Translations under genes and position numbers: made by a program
Notes under the pieces: generated by a model
Told to the model about the DNA's origin: nothing
The model's input: the letters and a program-made list of their open reading frames with translations, nothing else
The model's database searches: none
From: Podarcis filfolensis
Taxonomy: Eukaryota
DNA: 64,000 nt
Strand: one strand, 5' to 3'
Assembly (NCBI GenBank): GCA_964270895.1
Contig: OZ185436.1
Shown here: positions 49,625-62,541 of the stretch, in pieces
Layout of the letters: each line of letters opens with the position of its first letter
Numbering within the stretch: the stretch's first letter is position 1

Positions 49625-49699
49625 TAGATATTTTACAGTTCAATGCACTAATTGTACTGCTGTTTATTGTTTTGATACTGGCAAACCAGCAAAACATGG

Positions 49700-49792
49700 C
49701 CAACTGTCATGGATGCTTTAGCCAAATTCCTGCATTGCAGGGGGCTGAACTAGATGGCCCCTGGTTCCCTTCCAGCTCCATGATTCTATGGT
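49700..49792 (+). mobile_element. CR1 or CR1-SINE 3' tip
   Basis: TTCCTGCATTGCAGGGGGCTGAACTAGATG...CCCTTCCAGCTCCATGATTCTATG. Confidence 0.7.
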
Positions 49793-52700
49793 ATGGTGAA
49801 GGTGTGCTATATCTGACGCAAAGGAAACAAATATGGTGCAGAGAAGGGTTTTTTTAAAGAGAGTCTCTTCCGTTAAAAATGTGATATAACAGTCACATAG
49901 ACAGCTGCATAAAAACTGTTGACACTGACTAAAGTAGCAAACAAGACATATACAGCCTTTAATAAGAAAGACAATACCCAAAAGAGCCAAGTAACTGATC
50001 ATGAAATAACTAAAAGATTAATAAAAATAATCCAAGGCTCTGGCTGGCAAAAGGGACTGATGTGGGAAAAGAATATACTATAACTGCTTTTTTCTTTTAT
50101 GCTTCTTCTGAAGCATCCATTACAGGCAGCTTTTGATGACAAGATGGCAAGTTCAGTTGTTGTTTTTTTTGCTCGGATCCAATATTGCAGCTTACTTTAC
50201 AAACATTGACATAAATAGTCTTTGGAAAGTGCAAAGGAGCATGTTGTAATGCAGTCTCAAAAGTACAACCTGTTGCTACTTGGAACCTTACTAAAACAGA
50301 GGTCACTTGGTTTCGCTCTTAGTATGGTTCTATCTCATCTTCCTTGCTGACTCACATTCCTCTGCTAAATAAAATTTAAAAAGTTTAAATATTAAAACAT
50401 GACATTAGAATGATACACATTCTACAACATGCAAAATAAATATTTACTCAATTCATTTCTCTCCCTGCCCCCCCCCCAATTCCTAGGACACTTGTATGTC
50501 ACTTTTAGTAATCACAGACTGCTGAACTCTTTTTCCACCCGTACATTTTGGCAGACTGTACAGGCGTAACCCACCTGCTGTATCTACCCCTACAAGTGGA
50601 GTGGCTTTGAACTCTCTCAAGGAGAGGGAACTTCATGGAGGATCAAATGGGGAATGAAAGTGGACTGAAATTGTCTCATGTTCTATTCCATAACAATCAA
50701 AGACTGAGAGCAGCTGGACTTTGGGGTCACAATGACCCCGAAGAAAGGACCACATGTCCAACATGTCTACAAAGGCTTTAGGTCTCAAAAGGGCAATCAC
50801 TTCCATGCCAATTGCAGAACACTTTTGAAACGCTGGGAATCTTTGGGTACAATAACTCTCTGGGCAGTGTACCAAGGCCAACAGTAAATCCCTTTTAGGA
50901 TTCTTTTGCTTTGGGATTCTTCAATTACATATACCTTATGGGGGTATAAAGGAGTCCCCAAAGCTAAGCCACCTGGGAAAAACACATCCAAGTGTCAGGG
51001 TCTCTCAAGCCACTTAAGCCTGCTCAAAACTTCATGATGATTTGCTACAAATATGTAGATGGTCCAGTTATCAAACAAGTTTGTGCAGTTTTTCAGAGAG
51101 TATTTTATTCACGGGTCACTACCATCAGGGGCATCAATCATTTCCCCATTACCATTATATAGCTATTTCATCTTTCTAATAAAGGCAGTAACTAGGATGG
51201 AGTTACAGAAGAGCAAGCAACCTATTTATTTTATGCAAGAGCTCAGTAAACAATATCATTTGCTTCAAGCTCCAGTTTTATTTCTCTTAACTTCAATACA
51301 AAAATACTGACGATTTACAAAATGGCAATAGCGTTGGTGGGAAAGAGATATTTTTCTTTCTATTAGTGCAGTAGCAATTGGAGTCAAGGCACTTCCTCAG
51401 GAACATGAAGAAAATAACTCAGCTGCAGCTACAGGAGTTAATTAAAGGTAGAAAATATCATGCATGATAATGAGGTCTGGTTGCTCATTATAATGCTCTC
51501 AATTTTCATCTTACACCACAGGAAATATTTTGTTCAGTTCATTCTAGTTATTTCTATTTGGCAAGAGGACCTAAATTTAAGGTTACAAAATTCATTATGG
51601 AGCTATGCTTCAATGCTCTTAATAGCTGCACCAAAAAAGGGTGGTGGGAGCATGCTTTTTCATCATCACATCATTATTTCATATTGAAAATGGACCTCTC
51701 ACATGTATATCCCAGTAGTGAAATTCCAGTTACAGTTCAAAGTAAGCTGGTATTCTGGCACTACCCTTAGTAATTGATGGAAGGAAGCATAGAGGCTAAT
51801 TTCATCCCTATCATCAAATACCTGTTTTCTGATCTTTCAACATGCCTGAGACAGTGGCACAAATAAAGCATTTCATCCGAAGGATTAGAAAAGGGCATAT
51901 TGCAAAAAGAAAAGCCATCTCAAAAAGCCACACAGCCGGGCCTGGCTCCTACATATACAGTACAATACAAGGAGATATATGGGACTCTGATATTTTATTG
52001 GTTAGGGTAAACATGGAGAGTTCTCAGAAGGCAAGCAGGTAGCAGATATATGCAAGTTTCTTCTGAATTTTTGTAAACTCACTGAGGTCCTGTAGCATTC
52101 CCCATCACCCCCCAGCCCACTACCCTTGGAACCTTGGAAATTCAGTGCATTGTAGACCCCACGTCAAATAAATTAACACTGTATGTATAAAAATGGGACT
52201 CATAAAAATGGGACATTGCATGTTCTCCAAGAGACCAGTCTCTCAAAAATTACCTAAAGGTTTTATGTTTCCAGTGCTGAAAAAATGCAACCAGTTTTAC
52301 AATTCTTAACATATAAAACACAAACAACGTTAGTAGTGTGAACACTCAAGGAAACAAGACCAGCTTTTAAGTAGTGAGGTGAGTTACCACTGAACAATGC
52401 ATCTGTATAGAGATGTTGTAATGACCGAAAAATGAGGATGTATAATGAGCTGCGCTTGGCTTTCTGCCTATTGTTTTAAATATACCATAGGTCTTCAGTA
52501 TGCTTACTGGGAAAAGACACTTCATTCCTGTTTGTGAGATGTGGAACATTTTTTCTCTAACCAACAACTGTAGTAAGTATGTGCTCCAATGGTTACAACT
52601 ATCCGAGAAGAAGGAATAGTTAAAGCTAGGGCTAGGTGAGGAGAAATTTGATAAATAAATCAAATCCTCAATTTGTTCACCCCAGCAGAAGAAGGTAAAA

Positions 52701-54012
52701 CTGAGTGGCTTTGCAGATTTTTGGTTCCTCGCTGTTCAGAGACCCTGTGCACGCTGCAACCCGCTGCATGGTGTAAATGGGACCTTTCCTGCTCAATACC
52801 AGAACAGCTGTTTGGTGCTGGCAGGCAAAGACTGACTCATGTCAAGCAAACTGCAGCCTTTGCAGTGGCCTTTATGCACAGGAACATACCAATCATTCCA
52901 CAGGTACATGACAATATGCATCTGTGGCCAAGCCTGAAAATTGCAAAGCCCCTTCTGGAACAGGAAAGATCCTACAATAGATTCTGGTGAAGTCCAAATT
53001 GGGTTATGTCCAGAAAAGAACCTCCCAATCTAGCCAGATTTCTGCATTAGTTAGACTTCACAAGGAAGGGGAGCAGACCCAACTTGTTTATATTTCTAGA
53101 GTTGAAACCTAGCATATTTTATAACCTTTCCAAGTGGGCACCATTTTGTTTCAACCTAAATATGGACATTGACAAGACTTTAATGAGCCTGCCAGTATCC
53201 TTTGCACATGCAGTGCTACCCTTTCCACTATTAAGTTCAGTAAGGTACTAGTAAGTGGGGGAGTTCTCCATAGTGGAGCTCTGAATTAGACTGACAATAT
53301 AAGCTCCTGCATTTTCTTAGAGGCAGCCATCTACTTCAGACTAAATAAGCACCTATTTCCACACTAAACACTGTTGAGAGTAAATTGCTTTGATCTCAAG
53401 TGTGACTCAATCCCTTTCATTCTGCTCATTTTCTCCTGTTCGTTGTGTCAGAATGATAATCAGAATAGTAACACACAACAGGGACTTATTTTGGGAACAT
53501 ATAAATGAGAGTGTTTCTCATTTTGAAATCTGTTTTCAGCTTAAAGAAAAATATGGCAAGCTGTTGACAGAGGTCTATTAAGTTTTGGGGGGTGATGTTT
53601 TTAAAATCTTCCAAAACTAGTTTCCCTCTTTTTTTTTTTTAGGGTGACCATTGATTATTTTTGGATATGACATCCAGGATATAAAATAATATCCAGTGAT
53701 AACTGAAATCTATTGGCACTTATTCACTTCGTTTCAATATGTACATTGAAAGCACTTCCATTTAGTTCATTTTGAAGAGATTTGCTGAGTTCTGAAGCAG
53801 CAGGAAAAAACAGGGACTCAACACTTGTGATTAATTCAATGAGATGGGCTCATGGGCTGATGCAAATACTGGAGGAAATGGATGTTCTTTCTATTTTTAA
53901 ATGAAAAGTGAGGGCGGCAATGAGTCAGCATGTTTCATGCCTGACCATGCTTGACCCTCAATCAATTTTGCCCTCCATTAATAAGCGAATTTTTTTTTAC
54001 ATGACCAATTAC

Positions 54013-54204
54013 CTGTTTTGAGGCTGGGACTGAACTCTCTGCTAGTCCTGGGAGGCTGGCAGGCCTCCGGGGCTGTCTGTGCTGGAAGGGTTCGATACTG
54101 AGGAGGAGTCAACTCTTCATCACCAGAGAAGCTCCTCCGCACCCCACCTGTCATGGGGACGCTCGACAAACTGACAGGCTTCTTCCCAACTGGTATCTTC
54201 CTCT
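54013..54204 (-). CDS. MBTD1: MBTD1 additional symmetric (phase 1-1) coding exon, 64 codons
   Basis: (K)RKIPVGKKPVSLSSVPMTGGVRRSFSGDEELTPPQYRTLPAQTAPEACQPPRTSREFSPSLKT(V); TTTAG acceptor; CAG|GTAATT donor; stop-free and in frame with both neighbouring exons. Confidence 0.82.
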
Positions 54205-56219
54205 CTAAACATCAAGTCAAACTAAAGTAAAACACTTAGATCAAAGTGTGTTAAAGCAACTCAAGACTAATCGCTCACTGAGAAAGGCCTCCAGTTGGTG
54301 CTCACTGGACTTATGGACACCTCGGTGCATGCCCAGATCTTCGTTAACTACAGCCAAAGGAATTATTTTGGAAAGTGATGCTGGTGACTCATGGCAGAGC
54401 CACAGAACTCTATGAAACATCCTCCTATGACAACACATTTTCAGGAATCACCTTAAATTTAATACTCTCTTTATGGAAGAAATACCCTTAAAAGCAAATT
54501 TGTTAGTGAAAAAATTGGTGGTTTCATATTGCTCACCTCACCTCTGGGTTTACTCTTCAGTAAAAATTTAAAATCACAGGCTAACTTATGTGTAAAACCT
54601 GCAAACTAAGGGTTTTCATACATAATTAAAGTCACACCAATTAAGCACATGCTCTGCTATACAAAAAACTACTTTCTACGATACCTCTAATCCCTTGTCT
54701 CTTGATAAGTAAAGAGTGCCTACATGACCAATCTGAAGAGCTGCTCCATAAAAAAATGCAGATTTGCCACCCAAAAATCATGGGGCAAATGTATTGAAAT
54801 TTCAAAAAATAACCCTGAGAAGCTATGTTTACTGAATAATTTCTGTGTAGGTGGTGGTAAGATCTTACCTATGAATTCCTGCTTCAATCGGTGGAAGAAG
54901 CTTCCCTCTATGGAAGTGACCCTCTCTGACTTGACTCAGAAGGCAGGACTCATCAGTCAATGATTCTGAGAGGCAACATCTCTCAGATCATGAATGGATA
55001 TGTAAATAAAAATGTACAGCAGCTACTACAGCACACTAATATGAGAAAAACGAATAATATGATAGCATCTGAATATTCTGTGATGCCCTTGACTAACAAG
55101 TGTTTTCATGCAAAAATGCTTGGAGAACCAAAAAAGCGTGGTCCCAACTTCTGGGAACACACATCATTTCCACCCAAAGTGTGGCAGGTGGGTATTCTAT
55201 TTTCCATGTTGTATTACTAGAATGGGCTCCATTTTATAGCACTTTTAGTATTAAACTCACTGCAGTATGTTTCATGCTAATATAACCTCTGCCAAGTTGG
55301 AAAAAACCTCTGCCAAGTTGGAAAAAAGCTACTGAGGCTCTTTGTGAACTGTCATGTTCTACCTAAAGTAATTTGTATTTCAAGCTTCTGCCATGGAAGG
55401 TTGAAGACAAGAATATTACAGTAGCTACTGAACTACTGCAGATTTCTGCATTTTGCTCAAATAGGTCCTTTATTTTCTCAACACACAACACCAAAATGGA
55501 TGTGAGATTCTTCACGCGTTCATTAAATGCATGAATGATTAGGCTGCTATTTGCACTGAGAGGGAAACTCCCATTGATGCAGAGAAGCGAAATCCAGACC
55601 AAGACTACAATGGGGAGCTAAGCAATATAGACACCCCCGTGCAAGTCACGGCCCCACAGCTGTTTTCTTACAGATTCTCCACAAGGAGCTGTCACCAGCC
55701 GTGGTCTAAAGCGTAGTGGGGCTTTAGGCATGTACTCTCTCTCACTCATCCCAGCTTGAATAAAGATTTAAAGGATGAGGGTCTGGAAGATGTTTAGAAG
55801 CCTTAAGAGTCTGGACATTTACCTTTCACCTGGTTACTACCTTAAAAAGAACTAAATTGTGATAGGGAGCACAATTCCTAGCACTATCATGTCCTGGACC
55901 CATCTCCACAGGCCATCTTATCCTACCTGGGTTCCAGCTATGGAACTCTGAGCTCTCAGAACCTCCTATCTCGGAACCTTGGGAGGGGTAATCTCTGTAA
56001 ACTCACTTCAGCCCCTGTCTGGGCATCTCCACCTAAGTGTGAAAATACTCACTCTACCCTTGAACTGGCTTCTCCTGGAATGAACTTCTTTGGCAGGCTT
56101 AAAGTGGAAGCCGCCTTGTTCTACCAGTACATATGAGTCTATGTGCAGCGCTGGCTTGCCTGAAGCACTCATCTGGCCAACAGGTATGAATGCTGCTTTT
56201 TCCTTCACAAACCCTAAAA

Positions 56220-56355
56220 CAGGCTTCCTCAACCTCGGCCCTCCATATGTTTTGAGACTACAATTCCCATCATCCCTGGCCACTGGTCCTGCTAGCTGGG
56301 GATCATGGGAGTTGTAGGCCAAAAACATCTGGAGGGCCGAGGTTGAGGAAGCCTG
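56220..56355. mobile_element. Palindromic hAT MITE
   Basis: Perfect 8-bp TSD CCCTAAAA. Confidence 0.88.
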
Positions 56356-57810
56356 CCCTAAAAGCATCACTTCACCTCCCTTCCTGGTTTTAAGCATCTG
56401 GCTTTCCAAACTGACCAAAGACATGCCAAAGTACTTGTGTGCTTATCTGGTGGTAGGTGTCACAGTTTCTTGCCATGGGCACATTAATGAGCAGAGACTG
56501 GCAAGCGCTTTGCTTTCTCGCTCCCTCTGTCCGGCTTAAATTTGGGAATTGGGCTTGGGGCGAGGGGAGAAACAGGAGAAAACAGAAAACGGTAGTAGCT
56601 GCTGCATCCTAATAATCAAAGTCAGGATCAGCTTGGCAGATGCTACACGTGCCTTCTGAGCCAGGTGATGAGGGTATCCAAGAGAGTAGAATATTCTCCC
56701 AATTCCAGGAAGCTGTGCTTTGTAAAGGTGGTACTCTCAATTGGTAACGACATTCCAATACAAAATATTCTCACTGTATGCTTGCTAGATTAGTACAATT
56801 CATTTTGTCAATTCATTTTGTCATTTTGTCTACTTCTCAGACATAGGTGGTATAAGCAAAAAGGCTTCATCATTACAATCTAAAACAGCTAGTGTTTTTT
56901 TGGTCAGCATTAAAAAGTACTAAAGTTCATGAAAGTCCTAAACCCCTCACCTTGTATGTACTAATATTCCCAAGTGAACTAAGCAGCCATTGGAAGAAAG
57001 TGTAAATTCCTTTTATTTATTTATTTTTGAAATTGCTTATTGCATTATGTAGCTGTTGTACACTGCTTTGAGGCCTCTTTGGCTAAAAAGCAGCTTATAA
57101 TTTTTAATATAAATATAATAAATATGACTACTAGATGCTTGTAAGAAGAAGGCACTGTCGTGAATTAATCCAGCTTCATTGGTTTACAGCTTCCTACAGT
57201 TAAAGCATGGTAAATAAATAAAGCTTTCTTCAACTTAAAATGCCAAGAGTCAGGGCAGAAAATCAATATACAGTAGGACTAATCAGACTAGTTATTTCCA
57301 TCTCATAATAAACAGAGGCAGATTAATAACTTTCCTTTTAGTTCGCTATCAAATAATACACATTCAAGGAGTTAGGTCCTGCCACATAAAATAAAGCATT
57401 TTAGCTGAACTTCACCTAAGGCTCCAAGATATTAGTTTTTTTTAATGGGGTCAGATCAAAGGAGAAAATCGCCATAGAACAAAGCCAAAAACAAACAAAG
57501 AGGATAAAACAAGAGGCTTGCTCCACAATAGTCTCCATGGTTGTTAGTTCCTCCATCTCAGAAGAGTTTTTTAAATTAAGGGTTGAGCTAAGAAAGATGC
57601 AGAAGGAGTAACAAGCTCCAACATCATTTTAGCGTCTCATTTTTAGCAAACAGGTTTTGTCCGAGCCTTATTACTTTGAAAATGTCTATAGCCTTCTGTG
57701 AATTTACAATTTGTCTAACTCTAAAGCAACGCTAAGGAGCTTCATTATTGGAATTAATGACTATGCATTAACTGTCATGAAAAAGGGGAAAGAGAGAGTT
57801 AAAATATTTG

Positions 57811-58105
57811 TAAGGTAAAGGGACCCCTGACCATTGGGTCCAGCCGTGGACGACTCTGGGGTTGCGGTGCTAATCTCGCTTTATTGGCCGAGGGAGCCGG
57901 CGTACAGCTTCCAGGTCATGTGGCCAGCATGACCAAGCCGCTTCTGGCAAACCAGAGCAGCGCATGGAAACGCCGTTTACCTTCCCGCCGGAGCGGTACC
58001 TATTTATCTACTTGCACTTTGATGTGCTTTTGAACTGCTAGGTGGGCATGATCAGGGATTGAGCAATGGGAGCTCACCCCGTTGCGGGATCCAAACTGCC
58101 GGTGT
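57811..58105 (-). mobile_element. Sauria SINE with a degenerate or truncated head
   Basis: TAAGGTAAAGG tail; core matches the other copies. Confidence 0.85.
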
Positions 58106-58519
58106 TTGAGCCTTTCTGGAAATCCAAAAAGAAGAAACATTCCATTTCCCAATAAAAGAACAGAATTCAGTCTAAAGAATGTGCCAGTTCTACAGGGCAA
58201 GATACAGTATGTTTGCAAATGCACCAGGATTCACCTTTCTCCCCATCCCCATTCAACTCACACACGCTCGTACCTGCTCCAGATACAATGGACTGGTCAT
58301 GCTCTCCGTTTGTTAATATAAGTGGGAAACTTGGGATTTCAGAAGGAATTTGGCTGAGGCTACAATCCCAAACACACTCAGGTAAGGCTATCCACTGGTT
58401 TGTATGTTCTGCTCCCAAGCTTACTAATCCAGTTTAGCAATGGGAACAAGCACTGAGATCACATGTTCCTTCCTCATCACTTGCATCCTAGTTTAATCAA
58501 ACCAACATTCTCTGCAGTT

Positions 58520-58635
58520 TCCAAAATGGGGAACTGTGGTTTAATACTGATTTACCAACAAGGATCTTAAACCAACTTCAGAGTTTAAAATCCTTATTGG
58601 TAAAATTAACATTAAACCACAGTTTCCTGTTTTGG
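58520..58635. repeat. Imperfect ~110-bp hairpin (MITE-like)
   Basis: CCAAAATGGGGAACTGTGGTTTAAT pairs with ATTAAACCACAGTTTCCTGTTTTGG. Confidence 0.6.
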
Positions 58636-59328
58636 ACGTAACTATTAACTATGGTTTTATTAAACCAGAGTGTAAGCAAGGTGGAAGGAAGATGTCAAAG
58701 GTGCGAGGGGGTGGTTCCATCACTTGTTTCCAGCTCCTAAAAATCATGGTTTAGCAAACTGTAAACCAGGTATCTGAACCAGGCCTGTGGGACTTGCTTC
58801 AGAATAAAAATACAAAGGAATACATTGTACAATGGATTTCATTTCAATTCTAATGATCTACACTGCCTGGAACTAAATTCAAAGTTCCATGTAGGCTGAG
58901 CCATTAAGAGAAACTTAACAGCTCAGCTGTAATGTGTGCCTGTCCAAAATAAAATCTAATTTGGCTAAAATATAGTACAATTTCATTACACTTCCCTACG
59001 CAAGGAAGTCTTTCCAGTGTTTCAGACCCTCCATAGGTATTAACTCTATGGATCAATCTTGCCAGCTCCTGTAGCCACAAAAAGCTGTCATCTTTCAGAT
59101 GAAAATACCAGCATGAAAACCAATCGAGCAAAATATAAAGAATGCCAACTTAACCTTATAATGGTCAAGACACGCAATAAAACATTCTATGCTAAAGTTC
59201 TTTTCTAAACTCTCACTTCAAAAAATAATTCTTCATTTCTGTTTCTACACTCACCCTCACTTTACTCTGTATACTTATTATAACCGATTACAGTATTCTC
59301 TAACTTTAGATTGAAATTAATTCTATGT

Positions 59329-59408
59329 CAGGCGTAGGCAAACTCGGCCCTCCAGATGTTTTGGGACTACAACTCCCATCATCCCTAGCTAACAGGACCA
59401 GTGGTCAG

Positions 59409-59457
<49 letters not shown>

Positions 59458-60257
59458 TTTTTATTTATACCCCGCCCTCCCCAGCCAAGGCCGGGCTCAG
59501 AGCAGCTTACAAGCAATAATAAAAACAAGATGAATGATTACAACTTAAAAACAAAAATAAAATACAACATTAAAATAATGGAACATTAAAATATTAAAAT
59601 GTAGCCTCATCGCAGGAGGAGAAGGAAAAGAAAAAAGAAAGAGAGGGAGGGAGGGAATCAAATTGGCTCCAAGCCAAAGGCCAGGTGGAACAACTCTGTC
59701 TTACAGGCTGTGCGGAAAGAAATCAGATCCTGCAGGGCCCTGGTCTCATGAGGCAGGGCGTTCCACCAGGCCGGAGCCAGAGTTGAAAAGGCCCTGGCTC
59801 TGGTTGAGGCCAATCTAACTTCCTTAGGGCCTGGGACCACTAGAGTGTTGTTATTTATGGACCTTGAGGCTCTCCGTGGGGCATACCAGGAGAGGCGGTC
59901 CCATAGGTACGAGGGTCCTAGGCCGTGAAGGGCTTTAAAGGTCAAAAGCAGCACCTTAAATCTGACCCTGTACTCCACCGGGAGCCAGTGCAGCTTGAAA
60001 AGCACTGGGTGAATATGCTCCCATGGCAGAGACCCCGTGAGGAGCCTCGCTGCAGCATTCTGTACCCGCTGGAGTTTCTGGGACAGCTTCAAGGGCAGCC
60101 CCGCGTAGAGCGAATTACAGTAGTCAAGCCTGGAGATGACCGTCGCATGGATCACTGTGGCCAGGTCGGGGCGGGAAAGGTAAGGGACCAACTGCTTGAT
60201 GCGGCGATAGGAGTTGTAGTCCCAAAACATCTGGAGGGCCGAGTTTGCCTATGCCTG
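59329..60257. mobile_element. Palindromic hAT MITE split by an L2 insertion
   Basis: Left half 59329-59409, right half ~60209-60257; perfect 8-bp TSD TTCTATGT at 59321-59328 and 60258-60265. Confidence 0.88.
59410..60208 (-). mobile_element. Young 5'-truncated L2 LINE with an uninterrupted ORF2 C-terminus and (TTA)n tail
   Basis: SRLDYCNSLYAGLP...LQRVQNAAARLLTG...HPVLFKLHWLPVEYRVRFKVLLLTFKALHGLGPSYL; about 180 codons without a stop. Confidence 0.92.
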
Positions 60258-60654
60258 TTCTATGTGAATCTAAAAAAAGCATTAATTTTTAGTTCTATGA
60301 ACAACATGGCTTAATAAAATATATCATCTATCTTATCTTGGTGAAGATGACAGTATTACCCTAAACAAAAATTAATCAATCTCTTATTCTGGAGAGAAAA
60401 AGTTTTCTATGAAAGGACCTAAAACTGAAACCAAGATATTAGAGTTTGCTTTAAAAAAATACTTATATTTGCACTTTATTTTATTTCACGTGACAAAAAA
60501 AATACTCAATTTAAAAAGTTTTCCTTGTGCCATAATGCACTTTAAGCTTGAAAAACATTTCAACAGAAAGCATCATTTGCAACCATCACTTTTCCTGAGA
60601 GAAAAAGGCAGTTTTGCAGCAAGAAGGTAAAAACAAATAATTTCTGTTACCCAC

Positions 60655-60732
60655 TTTTCTTGTGTCCTTTGTATTGTTGTGACTTTGACTTTTTCTTCTG
60701 CTTTGACGAGCTTGACTGACCATCTCTTGATG
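60655..60732 (-). CDS. MBTD1: MBTD1 78-nt exon (Lys/Ser-rich, putative NLS)
   Basis: (S)SRDGQSSSSKQKKKSKSQQYKGHKK; phase 1-1; TTTCAG acceptor; GTGGGT donor. Confidence 0.93.
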
Positions 60733-61681
60733 CTGAAATATATGTTTTTAAAAAGAAAGTGAATTTAAACACCTTTTTGTGTGCTTTGTGTTTCAGAAGC
60801 CTCGTGGACAGCAGCACCTATATTCAGTATAATTCTAGCCCTGTGCCTCTTGAAACTGCAGAATATTCTTGAAATTTTAGACAGAGGCCCTCATTTCTTT
60901 TAATATCACATTATTTGATCCTGCATTTGACAAAGTGATTATAACATGATAGGAAGCAAAATGATCCAGATGTGAATTAACAACTGTGTTGCAGGGTTGT
61001 AAACAACATAGAATCATTCCCCCAAGTCAGGAATGATTAATACTTTCACGTGTAAAATCATTTTACCATACAAAATGCACACCATCTGGACCAATCAGAG
61101 CCATTCTGCCTTTTAAAATATGCTCAGTACAACTGATAACTAATAGAGTCAAGCTGCTAAGCCTGTTATATGACTCTACTATAACTGATCATTGTAAGGG
61201 CATCATTAAAAGACTGCAATGAACCAGAGAAATAAACCAAAAGTCAGAACAATAGGATAAAAATATAGTAACAATGCAAACACATACAATGTTTATCTCT
61301 TTATTGTATATTTGTGAACTACCTTGAGGGGCAGGTAAGAAATTAGTTAATTAAAGGAATAAATGCAAAATTACTTGCTAATCTACATGACCATACAGTA
61401 TTCCCAATAATACTGCATTAAAAGCAACTTGCTTTCTTATTTGCCTTCCAAATATCAGTGGTGATCAGGGACAGAATAAGACAAACACCCTGAAGTACTA
61501 CTGACTACAGAGCAAAACGGATTGAGCTCTGGAGTATTAAGCAAATGGCATTGTGTAAGTCCAAGCCGATTGCCCAGACTACACCCTTGCACTAGCTGGT
61601 AACCTGGCAGAAAATAGATTGAAATCTAAAAATAGAAACAAAGATATGAAAAATTTTACCAGAGAGGTCTGCTACGTTTCA

Positions 61682-61981
<300 letters not shown>

Positions 61982-62112
61982 TCATATTGCTTTGAAAAGC
62001 AAAGTTTTGTGATTAAAACATGTTCACAGTCACCTCTCCCATAACGGAACCTTTCTCTCTCCTGGTACATTTCCTTACACTTGTGAGCACTCTCATTCTA
62101 CCAAGGTATGTA

Positions 62113-62541
62113 CCCTGTTTCCCCGAAAGTAAGACATCCCCTGAAAATAAGACCTACTTCCAGTTTTGCCTCTCGCTGTAATATAAGGCATCCCCCGAAA
62201 ATAAGACCTCCCCGATAATAAGGCCTCCCCGGAATATAAGGCCCCCGAAGCTACTGTAAGGCTCCTCTGGACCGTGGTGGCGGATGCCGTCACCCAGCTC
62301 ACTGATTGGCCGCAGCGCAGCCAGAGCTGTTCAGACAGTATGAGGTCTCTTTAAATCAGAGAGCCTGCGCCGCCGCCAGGACAAGTTGCCGCCTGCTGCT
62401 CGCTCTGCCCTAACGGAGTCTGGTTGACTCACAATTACCGTCTTTCCCCAAAAGTAAGACATTCCCCCCAAAATAAGACCTAGCGCATCTTTGGGAGCAA
62501 AAATTAATATATGACACTGTCTTATTTTCGGGGAAACAGGG
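62113..62541. mobile_element. Tc2-like MITE
   Basis: TA|CCCTGTTTCCCCGAAA...TTTCGGGGAAACAGGG|TA; repeated AAAATAAGAC motifs. Confidence 0.82.

Noticed and set aside
59658-60230. 190-aa ORF as a host gene
   Set aside because: It is the L2 ORF2 C-terminus, with its first residues borrowed from the MITE.
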